64,000 nt of DNA, taken from the NCBI GenBank assembly GCA_001949185.1, contig BDGG01000009.1, positions 62,001-126,000 of the forward strand. Direction: 5' to 3'. The DNA comes from Ramazzottius varieornatus. Lineage: Eukaryota > Animalia > Tardigrada. The notes beneath the pieces were generated by a model that worked only from the letters and a program-made list of their open reading frames with translations, had not been told where the DNA came from and ran no database searches. Of this stretch, positions 26,458 to 39,946 are shown in pieces. The stretch's first letter is position 1. The number at the start of each line of letters is the position of its first letter. A program made the translations under genes and the position numbers.

Positions 26458-29400
26458 ATGGGCGAGTCGAATCGTTACCCAGACTACTGTAACTGCCATA
26501 CTGGCCATTTCCCTCTGGAAATTCTTCCAGCAGATGTGATCCACATGATGTCCCTTATGGAGGACTTTCGCTTGCCGACTGTCTTGTCGAACGTACTTTC
26601 TGATCCACGCATTGTTTTCGATTTTTCGGCAGCAGCGACAGACTCTTACGCATCGTCTAACGCTACCACCAATGGTACCTCCGATCATTCAACCGTCGAC
26701 GGTTCGGACCACGGCAGCTCCGGTGGTCATGGTGGCGGTCATGGCGTTCACGGACCCGAAGTTCTCTCCGCTGTCTTCGTTCTCTTCATCGCCAGTATCA
26801 CCAAGTACGTTCATGGCTTCTGGGGCCGGAGTTTTTTTATACCCTACTCGGTGCTGGTCATCCTCATCGGTGTCGCTATGGCTTTCGGGACGTTCTCCTT
26901 GACCGACGACAATGCCGTCATTGGCAATCTCTTCACTTCGGCAATCAACATCAAAGGAGATGTTGCGTTTCTGTTGTTCCTACCATTGCTGCTGTTCCTT
27001 CCCGCGTATCATATCCCGTTGCACTCGTTCCGGGTCTTGTGGAAACAAATTCTCATCACTGCTTTGCTGGGTCGAGGTAAACAGTCGTGCAGTTTAGTTG
27101 GCTGCAACTGGGAGGCGAAATGCACAGGATCATCATCTGAAGTGGCGCACCCTACCAGCTATTCCCACCGACAACGTACGCCACTTGGACGCATTCGAGC
27201 TCTTTATTTTCCGTGACGCAGGTTCCAAGTATAAATGGTTAAAAGGATGCGCCACTTGAGCTGGCGACTTCACACAATTCTTCTGCCGGCTTTCTAATCA
27301 GTTTCTTGCATTCCTTCTCGTTTTTCTTAGTCTTTTTAACAAGCCAAAACCTTGATCCATCAATATTCTCTAAGTTTTTATGCCTCTCGATATTTTATGA
27401 TTTTTTTTCTGTTATTCTCATGCGGTGTCATGTTTCCAGCGTTGGACATTTTCTTCGTCGCATTCGCCAGTACGATCTTGATCGCTACGGAAGGTGGATC
27501 AGAATCGTGGGATGTTATCCTTGGTCTGGTTTTCTCGTCGATCGTCACCACGACGGATACCGGTGAAATGGAAAGCGCACTGAGAGCTTCGGGTCGGTGG
27601 AGCATTTACATTTTAGTCTGTGTTCGTTTATCCTCCAATGTTCGGACATTGCAGGGTGCGATAAGAGTGTGGTGGCCATCATGACGACCACCTCCCTCAT
27701 CGGCAACTTCATGTCCTTCATCTGGCACGACCTTCTGACCCACGCCATGGACGCCTATTCCACAAAGTCCCTGACGGCACTGGGCGTCTTCACCAATTTT
27801 GTGCTGGGCTTCGTTGCGGCACCGGCTTTTGGTACGACTTAACGACGGTAATTACTAATAATGAACCAGCCTAGACTTAAATTCCCAGTGTCACTTTAGT
27901 TGTTCACTCGTCGAATATTCTGGTGAATGGGTATGTTATCAGGGTTGGTATGGGGGATGGCCTTGAGCTATACGATGAGCCGCATCTACAATTACTGGAT
28001 GTCTGAAGTGCTCATCGTTGTGAGTGTGCCGTACTTGACCAGCTGGTTCGCCTACGAGCTGTTCGGCGTCAGTGGGATGACTTCAGTCATTGTCCTCGGA
28101 TTGTGGATGAACTACAAGAATGCATCGATCAGCGTCAAAGTCCAAGAGTTCCTCAACCAGTAAGCGAGAGTGTTTGCATAGGAATCAGCAAAAACTGTGA
28201 AAAACTGCCGTGTATTATGGGAAAACCATCAAGTATTCTTTCCGGCATCAATAAAGTCCTAAAAGTTCTTTTAACACTTAAAAGACCAAGGGGTTCCCCA
28301 GTTGCCTGGCGCACCCCAAAAGCCTTGCGGAGTGGCTGCTGTTGAACCTTTTCGTCTCAAATTTACACGTTTGCTTTCGGAAACTTTGCCGCTTCCAGTT
28401 AAAAAAGACGTGAACTGGCTAGCAGCTTTCTGAGAATTTCGAGAGGATATTTCGTTTTTGACCAGACTGTGTCTTGAGTTGACAGACCAAATTTTTACTC
28501 AAGAGCTGGCTGACGGAAAGCCTCCTTAAAAATTGGACATAGAGCTAGTACATTGGTACCGTCTTAGGCGCTCCAGTATGTTCCATGCTGTGTGACCAGT
28601 GGTCAGAGCAAATCAAAAACGTCTGGCACTTTGGTTCACTTAGTGGCGCATTGTACTCGAAAAAATGCGAAGCGTGCATGTGGTGACCCCACCCCATGGT
28701 TTCAGCCAGTTAAAAATTGGGGAAGGTGATCTACCCCCCTTGTACTCCCAGAGCTCGGAACTGCGTGGTCTTTTAAGTGCTAAACACGTGGGGCATTGGC
28801 AAACAATCTCACCGGTTCAAGTGGCGCACGTTTTTGTTGATATTAGTTTACAGCGTGCACCACTTGGTAAACAATCTGGGTGATGTTATCTACTGTAACC
28901 CTTCTAACATCTTTAGTACGTCACTGGTCTTTTGCTTAAGAGAAGCATTACGAAGGCAACCGCTTGGTCAGATTACAGTTACGTCAGAGCAACCTCAGCA
29001 ACAGATAAAAAACGTTGGAAACATGGAAGTATCAGCCGAGTAGAGAGAAATGACGGGAAGTAAAAAAGTGTTCAGCTTACATCATCGTCGAAGCCAACCA
29101 CATTTTCTGCAAATTGAGAAATCTGTATCAGCTCAGTTTCCGACGGTTCTTCAACTGGCACATCCATCCACAGCTCATCTACAATCTTGCACTTATGAAA
29201 GCAGTTAACAATAGTCGACGGCTTCACGAGTTTCCACGCTTCTACCAGCCAATCCACTGCATCGAAAATCGTCAGGCCTTTCACAAAACTTTCAACGTTG
29301 CTTACATGCTGCATATTTGTGAACACTCGTTTATAAAGAAACTTTTTGTACTCGTCTTTCAGACATTTTATAATGCCCGCATCGCATGGCTGCGCTTTTG

Positions 29401-32400
29401 CGGTACAGTTAGGCGGCAAAAACCGTAGCTCTATGTTGAGACGAGAAGCGACGTTGTGTCCAGAAAAATTGTCCACTAGGAGCAGAATGTGACGTTCTTC
29501 CTTGACCATTAAAGCGTTAAACCAGTCCAAGTATTCTTCAAAGATGACCGTAGTCATCCAGGCAGTCTTGTTGTACGAATATTTGAAACCGTAGTCGTCG
29601 GAGTTGATGTTGAATACTGCATTCCGTTCGAAAGATCGAGGCTGAGCAGATGTATCTATAACCGACAAGAATTTGAATTTGTCTTCTGCTCTTTGTAATT
29701 TCAAACCTCAAATTTTTCTAGTTCCAAACTTACTGATGATCCATAGAGGAAGCTTGCGCCCTCCGCCGGAAACAGATATATGAGCCGTAATTCGATCCTT
29801 CGCTATCTTGATTCCTTTGTCCTGTTTATTGCCAAAAACAAGAGACTTGGTCCCGGCATTCCTCCACCATATTCCGGTCTCATCGCAGTTCCAAATATTC
29901 TCCGGATGGATAAGTTCCAAAAGGGCTGGCAAGTCAACGGTAAGCCACTGCTCTAAGGCTATCAAATCTGTACTAGATTCCTCTCCTGTGAAAATCAAAG
30001 TGTTCCTCGGTTATTCCCCAGCCTTCGCACAGTTCTCTCACATGAAATATAACTAGAGTAAGTTAAAAGTTACCATGAAGCTGTTTGAGGTTCACGTTGT
30101 GGCGACCACAGAACTTATCGTACCATCCCCAGCTGCATCGAAAGTCGGCAATTGCTAAAGTCGACGCAACAAACGTAGCGACGTTCATGAGGAAAACTGG
30201 GCGAACTGGGATTCGTTTCTCGCGAGCCATTTTTAAGAATTTCAGACACTGTTCGTCAATCTGCGGAAACTGCAAGTTGACTTTTGTCGTTTTCCGGTTC
30301 GGGTTTGCGCCATTCGCCAGCGCGAATCTGATCTCTTCTTTCTTCTGACAAATCCCTATCACACCGTATACCGATAGACCACACTCGTCAGCAATCTTCT
30401 GGAACGATGCCTAAAAACCAGCAAGAACCACTCAATTCGGGAACAGTATCCAGTGCGTAGGATACGGCATAATTTCATGTACTGTACAAAAATTACCTGT
30501 TGCACTTCTCTCTTGAAGATAATCAAGGCCTTCTGACCTAACGTCGGTTTCTCCTGCACAATCCTCTTTCTCTTCCTAATCTCGATATATGACGTCTTTC
30601 GCACCTTCCCCATCATGGATACTGTAGAAGCACTGTTGGTCGACACTGAAGTGTTGGAATGAGGAAACAAGGATCAGTGGTGAACCGGGATTCTCAAAAC
30701 GCATTCGGAATTTGGAAACTGGAAATTAGCTTATTTCAGCAGTCTATTGTCAGATCTGACGTAACTGTGAGATCACTGTGGTAGGCGTGCTTGAAGCACT
30801 GCAAACTCTCTTTTTTCGCGACATGTAGATTTAACTTGAGTGACGTACTAAAGATGTTAGAAGGGTTACAGTACCGGTTTCCCACGTGTTAGGCTACTTT
30901 TGCATGGGGTATTTGCCTTAGGGGTCATTCTGCTTTTGCGATCGGTAGGTTTTTGGAGACTGTTGCTTTCATCATGGACGTCTTTGTCTACCTGCTGGTC
31001 GGCTACTACGTCGCCACCGTCGCCGACAGCCTCGCAGCCAGCCGTGGGTCCGACTACGCCTACGACTGGCGGAAAGAATTGATCATCTACTTCACCATGT
31101 TTGCCTTCATGATCTGGTCTCACTTTGCCGTGCTGAATATCCTACGTATCGTGCTGAAGAGGATGCGCCATGGTCACGAACTGTATGACCTGCGCAACGT
31201 CCTGCTAATGACATGGACCACGCCCAAGGGTGCTGCGGCCATGTTGCTTCTACATCATGTGTTGGACGCTTATGGGAACTTGATTCATTCCACAAGACCC
31301 GACTCGGAGATGCCGCTGATGGTCAACGTCGTGGCGGCCATTGCGCTGTCCCAAGTTGTGCAGGGACTGACCATGTCTCGACTGGTCCGAATAATGGGTA
31401 CGTATGAAAATATCGTAGCAAAAGGTTTGAAACTCATACTGTATAACCCGGCTTCAGCCTTCACGGACAGTGTACGACAAAATAAACCGTTAAAATTGGG
31501 TGTTGGATGGAGCCAGATGGATAAAGCCAATGAAATTTGCGCATGCAGTAAAATATAACTCTCATTGGCTAAGTTGTAAATAAGCTCTAGTTGCAGTGTT
31601 ACGCCCATTTTTAACGGTTAATTTTGTCGTACACTGTATCAGAACCCAGCTGGGCTAGCTCGGGTCTGTTCTGTGGTACTTGTACACGCACAACGAGAAA
31701 TTGTGGGCCAGTAAAAACTATGGCTCAGACCTTTTCGGTACGGAAGCATGCACGAAGTCACGAACGCGACTGATTCACACTAATACACTTTCCTACACTT
31801 TCCTATGGTTCAGTTTCTAATTTGCCGTCTCTTCCGCCTGGCCCATAATTTGTAGTGGCCCATGATTTCTCGTCGTGCGTGTACATATGTATTAGAGATG
31901 TTTTATTGATATTTTGAGATATATGCGGTCGTCCTGATGTGTTTTTTGATCGTCCTGCACTTTTTCGGCTAGAATATTTAAGCAATCACAAAGCGCAAAA
32001 TTCATTAACTTTACAAATATTCCAGCCATGAATGCGGAGCACGCAGAATCACCCGTAGCCGTCATAACACGCAAAGGTTTCCTCGACATGATTTCCGACC
32101 TTCGTCAAGAACAGGTCGCTACCATGAAAGACAATCAGTTATTCCATGACGTCGACTGGGACATGGTAGCGAAGTACACTACAGTGAACACTACGGAAAT
32201 GGGCCTCAAGGGCGAGAATTCAGATGCGGAACAACATATGAAAGAGCTGCATGTATCACTCTTTTCAGTCCATCCATCAATTTTCGAAACCCGTTTGGGA
32301 TTGGTTTCCATTTGCAGCATCACTTGCACAATGGGAGAGTGCTGACGGCGCAGATCAAATGTACGAACTGCGACAAAGCCAGCAGTATTCCACGGGAAAT

Positions 32401-35400
32401 AGTCGAGCTGAACCATATGGCCATGAGCCGTATCATCAAGGCAAAGAAGATGGCCTACCGTCGGCAGTTCGAAGAGGGTATGTTGACCACGGCTGGCATG
32501 AAGGTTCTCTGTGACCTGGCGGACGATGTTTCGTCACACCGGAAGGGTGTCATTAATTGCACGGACATCCAGCGTTACTTCCACTCCAACTTCGCATTTT
32601 ACCTTGTGAGTTCAGTAAAACAACACCATGGTACTGGAGCCACAAGGCCCTACGACAAGCAAACTCGACCAGCTCGTTTTCCTGAGAGGCGTACTCTTCC
32701 AGTCAGTTCCGCTGGAAGCGTGCGCCACTTGAGGAAGCGATCGGTTCGAGCTTGCTTGTCGTGGCTCGTGGGGCCTCGTGGCGACTAAAATCACCGGATT
32801 GCTTCCTCAAGCAACGCACGCTTACAGAAAATATCACTGAGAACTCGCGTCATTCGGAAGGCAGTTTGGTCCTTCGGAAGTCTTTTTGTCGAGTTCTTGT
32901 AATTGTCGTGGCGGAATGTTTTGGCTTTCATTTCGGAATCATCTGTTTGACTGAAAAATTTAAAAAGTAGATTGAAAAGTTTGGGTAAAAGAAACTGAAC
33001 TCGAAGCTACAAAACAGAAAACATGCTGAATTTCAGAAAAATATACTGAGTATGTTCGATACTGACAAAGTCACCGCGATGGATTGCTCCGACGCCCAAG
33101 CAAGTCCGGGATGTCGCCGGAAACTACACCACATCGTCCGGACACCACAGTTCGAGAATGTTCTACAGGGCGTGATCCTTCTCAATTTTATCCTGACTAT
33201 TTGTGCATTGGTTATTACCTCCGACGACCCTTCTTTAGTATTGACCTACAGCGTCATCTTTGCCATACTTAACGCGGGGTTCGCCTTGATCTATACCGGT
33301 GAAGCGCTAATGAAGGTACATTCCAGATACCCAACCCTTCAAGAAGTACCGTGATTATCTTCCGGGTTTGTAGATATGTGGGCTGGGCATGAAGCAGTAC
33401 TGGGGCAAAGGCTGGATGACATGGAACCGCTTCGACTTGTTCATCGTCTTGATATCTTACGCCGACTTAGTCATGGAGGTCGTCACACTGAGTGGCGCCA
33501 TGAGCAAGAGTCTTCACGTATTCAACCCGGCAGTCATTCGTCTTCTTCGACTGGCCAGAATCCTGCGAGCCACTCGAGCTCTTCGTTTACTTCGAGTACG
33601 CCATTTTACATTTCGTTTATGAGACATCGGTAAACAAACTCCACAAGATCGTTTTTCCCAAGTGACGCATGCTTCCAGCTAGATACACCGAAACGTGCGC
33701 CACTTGAAAAACTGCAAGTCACTTCTCTGAATGCGCACGCTTTCGGCCAATACGCTGGAGATATGTGCTACTTGAGAACAACGATTCTAAGTGTCGAGGT
33801 ATTATTGTTACTGGTTCTCCGACGAGTTAGATTTTCGGTTGTTTTAAGACATATTGATACATAAAATGAAACTACGTGATTTTACTCTCTAGCCTTTAGT
33901 GCCGTACATTTTGAAGTTCAACGACATCTTCGTGACGGCCCATCTGTACGAAGCCTACAACGTCTGCCGCGGGTACGTGATGGGACAGGAAGATGTTTTG
34001 GCAGTTCTAAACCAACTGGTTTCTTTCGTGCCCATGGTGCTGGGGTACCGTCTGGAGGCGGAGAGGGACGCAAAGGATGTGGCAAAAGAAATCGGACAGC
34101 TAAATATGGCTCGACCCGATATCGCCACGGCTGTCAAGACTCGACAGGCAGTTCGAGCTGTACTGAATAGTATAGAAAGCACTATTCTTCATTTGAAACA
34201 TCATGGGATTCTTGAAGAGGATGACTATGAGAAAATCGACCACGTGAGTCCGTCGTTAATACATGTCATATAACTCTGAACGAAACATACATCATCGTCA
34301 TCTCACGTGGCGCACTCTTCCGAACAACCTCAACGAAGACGTGCGCCTCTTGAAACGAAGATCCTCTCTAACGGCGCCGGCGTCCCATTCCAAACTGCAG
34401 AATTTTTTCTCCACGGAGTTGGACCGAACCTTATGTCTTTCAGGAGTTAGATATTGCTATGAAAAAGCTCAGCAATCTCCCGAACAAGATGCCCATGCGC
34501 GATGTTCAAAAGCGGCTGCACAACCTGCCGTGGGTGTCCAAGGACGAGAAGGTCTTCGAAGCCCTGCGTACCGTCTACGAGCAACGGACCTACGACATCG
34601 GTTCGACCTTCCTGAACATCGGCGACCCCGCGGAAGGCATCTACATTATCGTCAACGGTCTTGCCGTCCTCCGATCCCTATCCACCACCATCGATAACCC
34701 CAAGCTGGGCGAAATCTATAGCACGGATAACATCCGCGCCCTGCTTACCAAGAACGACCATGTCGCCAACAGCGCCATCGACTACGCTTTACCAGGGAAC
34801 GCCTTGAATGAACAGGCGTTGCTGATAGGGTTTCCTAGAAGGTCGTATGCTGTAGCAGAGACCAAGGTCGACGTGATTTACATTCCGGCGGAGAAGGTGT
34901 TTGAAGCCTTCAGGCTGGTGCCAGAACTGGAGAGGGCACTATGGAAGCATATCGTCGTGACGGTCGTCGTCAACATCGAACTGCGCATGAACTCTCTATC
35001 GGTAAACGTTCCACAGAACATTCTTTTGAAAAAACCGAAACTTATCATATTAATTCCATATTTTTTCCCACTATGATGGCCTATTTGAGAGCTCGGCAAA
35101 CAAATCCGACCGGATTATTTCCCCAAGTGCGGCACTTTTTCTGTAGTACGGGCTGGAAACGTGCGCCACTTTGGAAAGCGAGCTGGTCGACTTGGGTTGT
35201 CGAGCTTCCATTCAAGTTCACATTTTTGAAAAGGTTTTATTGGTGATAGGAAGCCGATTATAATGACGAGAAGATGCGCCTGTCGGGAGGAGTTATTCGA
35301 CTGGCGTTGCCTAATCGTATCATAACCGAGCTGGACTCGTTTGCGGAGATCTTCCTGATTGTGGGCTCGGTCATGGATTTCAGCAGTAACGCTGTTCACC

Positions 35401-36606
35401 AAGCACCGACGAAACTGCCCAACTCGATTAAAGCCGTCAAAGTGAAAACTGGCAGGACAAAATCTGTTGATGAGGTGCTTTTCTACTGTACATGCTTTGA
35501 AGTGCTTTTCGATGGTGAATCAATTGTATCGTTTTTGGGTCTGCAGGATGGCAAGATATTGTATCCTGATTACGCCGTACTGTTCCTGGTTCCGTACGAA
35601 GGCGTAACAGTGGAGGAAGTCAAGCAAGGACCTAGTAACACGAATCTGTCGCCCGATGAGCATTCGCCTTTCAGAGCTGTGGTAAAGATGATAATAAAAA
35701 CATGTCTAGGAATTCGACCATAAAATTTCGCACACGGATGGCGCAACATTCTAATTTATTCGCCTTTTGCTGCAAAATCGTCCCCTACGCCACATTACCG
35801 AATTTTTTTACGATCTTCTAAATAAACAGTGTTCTTTTCAGAATCAGTTCAGAGCCTCGATAGTGGGACGTAGCCGCATGGATCATATCAACAAACCGGT
35901 CAAGAGCAAAGTCAACTTGTAAGTATCAATACCAACAAAACCCGCGGGTTTTGCCCAAAATATCCATATTTTCTTGCAACTCGCATTCTAGATTTGGCTT
36001 CCTTCTTCGCGTCCGTGTCGAACTTCCTAGCAAAAATTTACGCCGTTCTTCTTGATATTTTAAGATGTTATAGAGCCATCATTAGCTTCGGCGGACCGGC
36101 TTGATGTTTAGGATAAAATCGATGGTCGTTTTACCCGCCTTCAAAGGTGTTTTTCTACGGGCATGTCTTATTTCTGCAGGTTGACTGCCAGCATGAGCAA
36201 GCTTTTACCCAGTCACTCCGCCTCCTCTGTCTCACCGGCTTCTGAACCTGTACCACCGCCATCGGAAGAAGACGAGGCGGTCACAGCGTACGCCAAGGCC
36301 CAGAAGCCGCAGCGTCAACGCATGTCCATCTCGGCTGGTGCCGGTGGAGTACCCACGGGTCTTCCCGAGCAGACAGTGCGAGTGCGAGCAGCGGGTTTCC
36401 GGCGGTCGGCGGTGACTGGACCAACCAACCTGACACTGCTACAGACTCTCTCACCCACCGGAACTGCTTTACAGTTCGCCCCCACCAACGCACCCGAAAC
36501 AAGACATCATCATCATCGGGCATCGGATGTCAATGCACCGATAGGAATGTTGGCCGATAAAAAGTCTGATCCTCTACTTTCACCGTCCAGTGATCACCTT
36601 TTATAG
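26458..36606 (+). CDS. SLC9C1: SLC9C (sperm-type Na+/H+ exchanger) with voltage-sensor and cyclic-nucleotide-binding domains; multi-exon
   Basis: NHE TM motifs (IPYSVLVILIG, LFLPLLLF, ELFGVSGMTSVIVLG), YRRQFEEGML, VSD WNRFDLFIV plus S4 RLLRLARILRATRALRLLR, IATAVKTRQA, CNBD GIYIIVNG..EQALL..PRRS. Confidence 0.88.
28893..30871 (-). mobile_element. pogo/Tigger DNA transposon, ~2 kb, perfect 33-bp TIRs, TA TSD, inside an SLC9C1 intron
   Basis: TA|ctgtaacccttctaacatctttagtacgtcact ... agtgacgtactaaagatgttagaagggttacag|TA. Confidence 0.93.
29072..30616 (-). CDS. pogo/Tigger (CENP-B HTH + DDE_1) transposase with at least 3 introns
   Basis: FPQIDEQCLKF..SWGWYDKFCGRH (CENP-B HTH); WNCDETG, LLVDNFSGH and FLPPNCTAKAQPCDAGII form a DD29D triad; exons splice in frame. 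Confidence 0.88.
31468..31636. mobile_element. Tc1/mariner-type MITE, 169 bp (copy 2 of the 4222 family)
   Basis: Essentially identical to 4222-4390; one difference seen near the 3' TIR. Confidence 0.9.
31685..31881. mobile_element. Tc1-like MITE (TIR CACGCAYRACGAGAAATT), TA TSD
   Basis: TA|cacgcacaacgagaaattgtgggcca ... tggcccatgatttctcgtcgtgcgtg|TA; relative at 60865-61066. Confidence 0.82.
35086..35209. repeat. Intronic palindromic element monomer (SLC9C1); further copies near 27139, 27213, 28818, 32684, 33659, 33729, 34305
   Basis: gagagctcggcaaacaaa..caagtgcggcac, 25-nt spacer 35136-35160, gtgcgccactt..gtcgagcttcc. Confidence 0.85.
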
Positions 36607-36850
36607 GCACTGGCTGGGCTTAATTGTATTACGTATAGTCTAAACTTCGTTCAAATGATCACGCGTTTTTCACTTCATGCCTTGTTGTTTACCCTGAGTC
36701 TACTCACCCGTAAGCGTGGATACTTTGTTCTGCCGACCAATGTTCGTCGTCGGTTCGTGCGTCTACCGTTCGCGCAGCAACGGTAAAGCTGTCCAGTACG
36801 GCTGCGGTTCTTATCGCCTGCTCATTATCTGCAAAATAAAACACAGCAGT

Positions 36851-37664
36851 TAGTGCTGGCAAACATACGATAAAATTCGATAAAGTATTGCCGGATACTT
36901 TATCGCGGTCTTCGATATTCATTCAGTATCGATATTTCGATACGATACTTTTCCACTACCGTATCGTATGATCGCATGATATCGCAGCGATATATCGATA
37001 TTTCTGCAATTTTAATTTTTGTCGGAGTTCCACTGGTCCGGGCTCAAGAACTCAAGAAGCCGATTTCCACATTGAGTGTTAGTAGGATCGGAAGCGTCAG
37101 ATGCAGCAAAAACGTGACTATACCAAGACTTCAAACACATGGAAACCTGGATAAAATTAGCACTAAAACCGAATGGGCGGAGCGTGCTCGCCTGGTCGGC
37201 ATACGATGACCAGAATCAAGGTTTTGAAATCAGTAAACCGTGGCCAAACGGCGTCATAGAGAACTTGCAATGAGGAGAAACCGCAACCAATCCTAATCCA
37301 TTCTGCTGACCTTACCGTAGCAAACCTGCTCTTTTGATTGGCTGGCAGTGTTTCGTTCGGTCTCGATTCCCGTTCCATACTTCGGAATTAAACTTCGCCT
37401 TACTAGCTTGCTCTACCGCTTACCCATATTATTGCTGCGATTGAGCAAAATACAGAATTCAGCAAAATACCGATATATCGAAAATATATCGATATGGTGC
37501 GATACGATATCGCCGAATATTTTATTGCGTTATTAGATACGAGCCTCATATCGATACCATCGATACCATCGATACGATATCTGCCGCATATTTTATCGCA
37601 AAGATTCGATATATTGCGATACGATATCGGTGTGCCGTATCGTTGCCAGCAGTGCCCAGCACTA
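36851..37664. mobile_element. Non-autonomous hAT element, 814 bp, subterminal CGATA/TATCG repeats
   Basis: 8-bp TSD acagcagt (36843-36850 and 37665-37672); TIR tagtgctgg/ccagcacta. Confidence 0.9.
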
Positions 37665-38399
37665 ACAGCAGTGGCAGGGATTCATTTAAACGAAATTACC
37701 GTTGAGGCCGTGCGCCCTGGGCCGGGGGGTCGATCAGGATCAGGAGGTCTGTTTGTCTGTAAACCGAAGGATACGTTGATTGGTTGAAACGCTGCGGGCC
37801 TGATAGCTTCGCTTCTTGATCGCCCTGGACCGATCAGGAAAAGTTCGATTTTGGCTGATTGCTTTCGCTGCCCCGTGATTGCTCGATCAGCCTTGCTTTC
37901 CACCCACTCCAAAGCGTCCAAACTTTCGCGCGAGTGCAAGTTTCGACTTTTTGTTTCGGTTTCTTGCCTTCATCTCGCTAGGTGATATCGGTCCTACCGT
38001 TAAATAGCTACTATCCTACCGTTGAATAGCGAGGAAAGGATTCTCCAGGGTATCCTGAGATTCGTGGGGGAAACTTGCTCCGCGATCAAGGCTTGTCGTT
38101 TACGGGTGATCTGCTTTATCGAGCTGAACTGCTCATCCGCTCCAAGGATATTCTTGTCCAGGAGCCGAACTCTGTGACTCATTTTGCATCCGCAGTGAAG
38201 AAAGCAAAGCCTGGGGCAGCCTGGCAGAAGGGGCGAGGTTCCGATGGCTACTCATCTCCTATAACGCTCCATCAGGGCCGTATGAGCATGTCATGCGAGT
38301 TACGAGCCTTCTCTTCGTCTTTTGTGAGTCTTCCCAGACAGACGTGTAAGAAAGACGCTTGTTAGGAAAACATGACCTGAACGACGTCGAAGAACGAGA

Positions 38400-39900
38400 A
38401 GAGATTCAGGTGAGACGACAGCGGAAGTTCGGAGGTGTCTACTACCAGGTAGTTATCAGCACAACTGCACTAGCGGTGCCTTTTGGTGCATTGTTTCGAG
38501 CCTCTCTGATACACGATTTTTCCACCTTTCCACCCTGGGTACCATTCGCAAGGTTTCGCAAGGTGGAAAACGCGGAACAGCGTTGCTGTGGACCCACACA
38601 TAAAATTGCGGTTTCGCAGCGTTTCATCCCGACTCGTGCGTTTGGTCAAGAGCCAGTGATTGTTAAAGTTACAGATAACAATCTTGCCGAAAATGTGATA
38701 GTTTTTTCTAAGTGGCGGCCTGCGGCATTGATCGAGAAGTTGTGGAACAAAACAGGTCAAGATGACTTCGGAAGGCTGTTCGTCGGTAACCGTAGTCAGT
38801 CTCGGTTGCCAAAACTAATGCTTTGTCAACACAAGTGTTTTGATTCGGAAAAGAATTGTAGATGAATCTTTTCCTTCATCTATTTTCAATCAAATTGCGA
38901 CTGTGGTCGGGTCAAATTTCCACCGTGAGGCTGAAAAGTTTGTCTGGTTTACAAGATGGACAGAGAGAGGGCCTGACGAAACTTTTTCGCTCAGTGGACG
39001 AAGTTAACATAGGCCGTGAAAACTTCACCGTAAGGGATTTCGGAACCAGCTGTAGTGAGAGCGGATACCCGTTGGCGGAGCGCACACGGGAAACACGGTG
39101 TAAGTTCGGGTGATAGGTCGCTTTGTAACGCTTCGGGGCGTATGACGTCACCCAGCCGTAGAGGTGGGTCACACAGCAACCGTCCAATGAGCGAAGAAAT
39201 TTGGCTTGACCAGTCCACATCCACCCTGTGCCTGCGGAAGATCTTTACGCTGCATCGCTTCACCCTTGCTCATTTTGTCAGTCTCAATTGCCATCTGAGC
39301 ACCTGAGCCGCCTTTCTCTTGTGCATGATCCTTGTGTCGAGCAATTAGTGACTCTTGTGAATTTCCAAAGGCAACCTGCATTATCATGACATTTTCATGG
39401 ACGCTAATTCTCTTGTTTCTTTATTTTGACTTTAATGGTCCTTGCCGTCTCTTCTCGTTCCAATGTTGTTCGAACACCCTTTCCAGCAGTTCTCAAAGCG
39501 AAGCCGGGTCAAAAAAACACGAGCTCCAAGTCGTCAAATCTGCTTCCACAATATCTGCTGGGCTCTCCGAATATCGCATCTATACGGGAGTGAACCACAG
39601 AAAAAGTCGAAGGAAGCATTCGAAAATTCTGGGTAAAATTCCAAGAAAATACAGTAGTCTGTACTCTCAGTTTCTGGTAATGCAGCTGCAACGGTAATTC
39701 TCATTAATGTTTTGCAGTGCAGCATTAGGTAACTAACGAGTTGGCACGTGATTGTGATCTTCGTTCCTCTGTCGTCCAGATCTCTTTGTGGTATGGCCAG
39801 ACTGAGCTTCATCTAGTCGAGCGAGAGAGCACAGCAAACCGTTTTGTTGTTTCCTGCAGGTGCAGGAAATAACAAAACGGAATTGATATTAGGAAAATAA
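38400..39900 (-). pseudogene. Possible decayed L1/Tx1-clade non-LTR retrotransposon ORF2 3' remnant
   Basis: Broken frames resemble post-RT L1/Tx1 motifs (QRDLDDRGTKITITCQLVS, KDLPQAQGGCGL, ETLRNRNFMC); no clean ORF. Confidence 0.3.
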
Positions 39901-39946
39901 CGATCAAAATAAATTTTTCCATTTGATATACGATATTAGACGCGGC

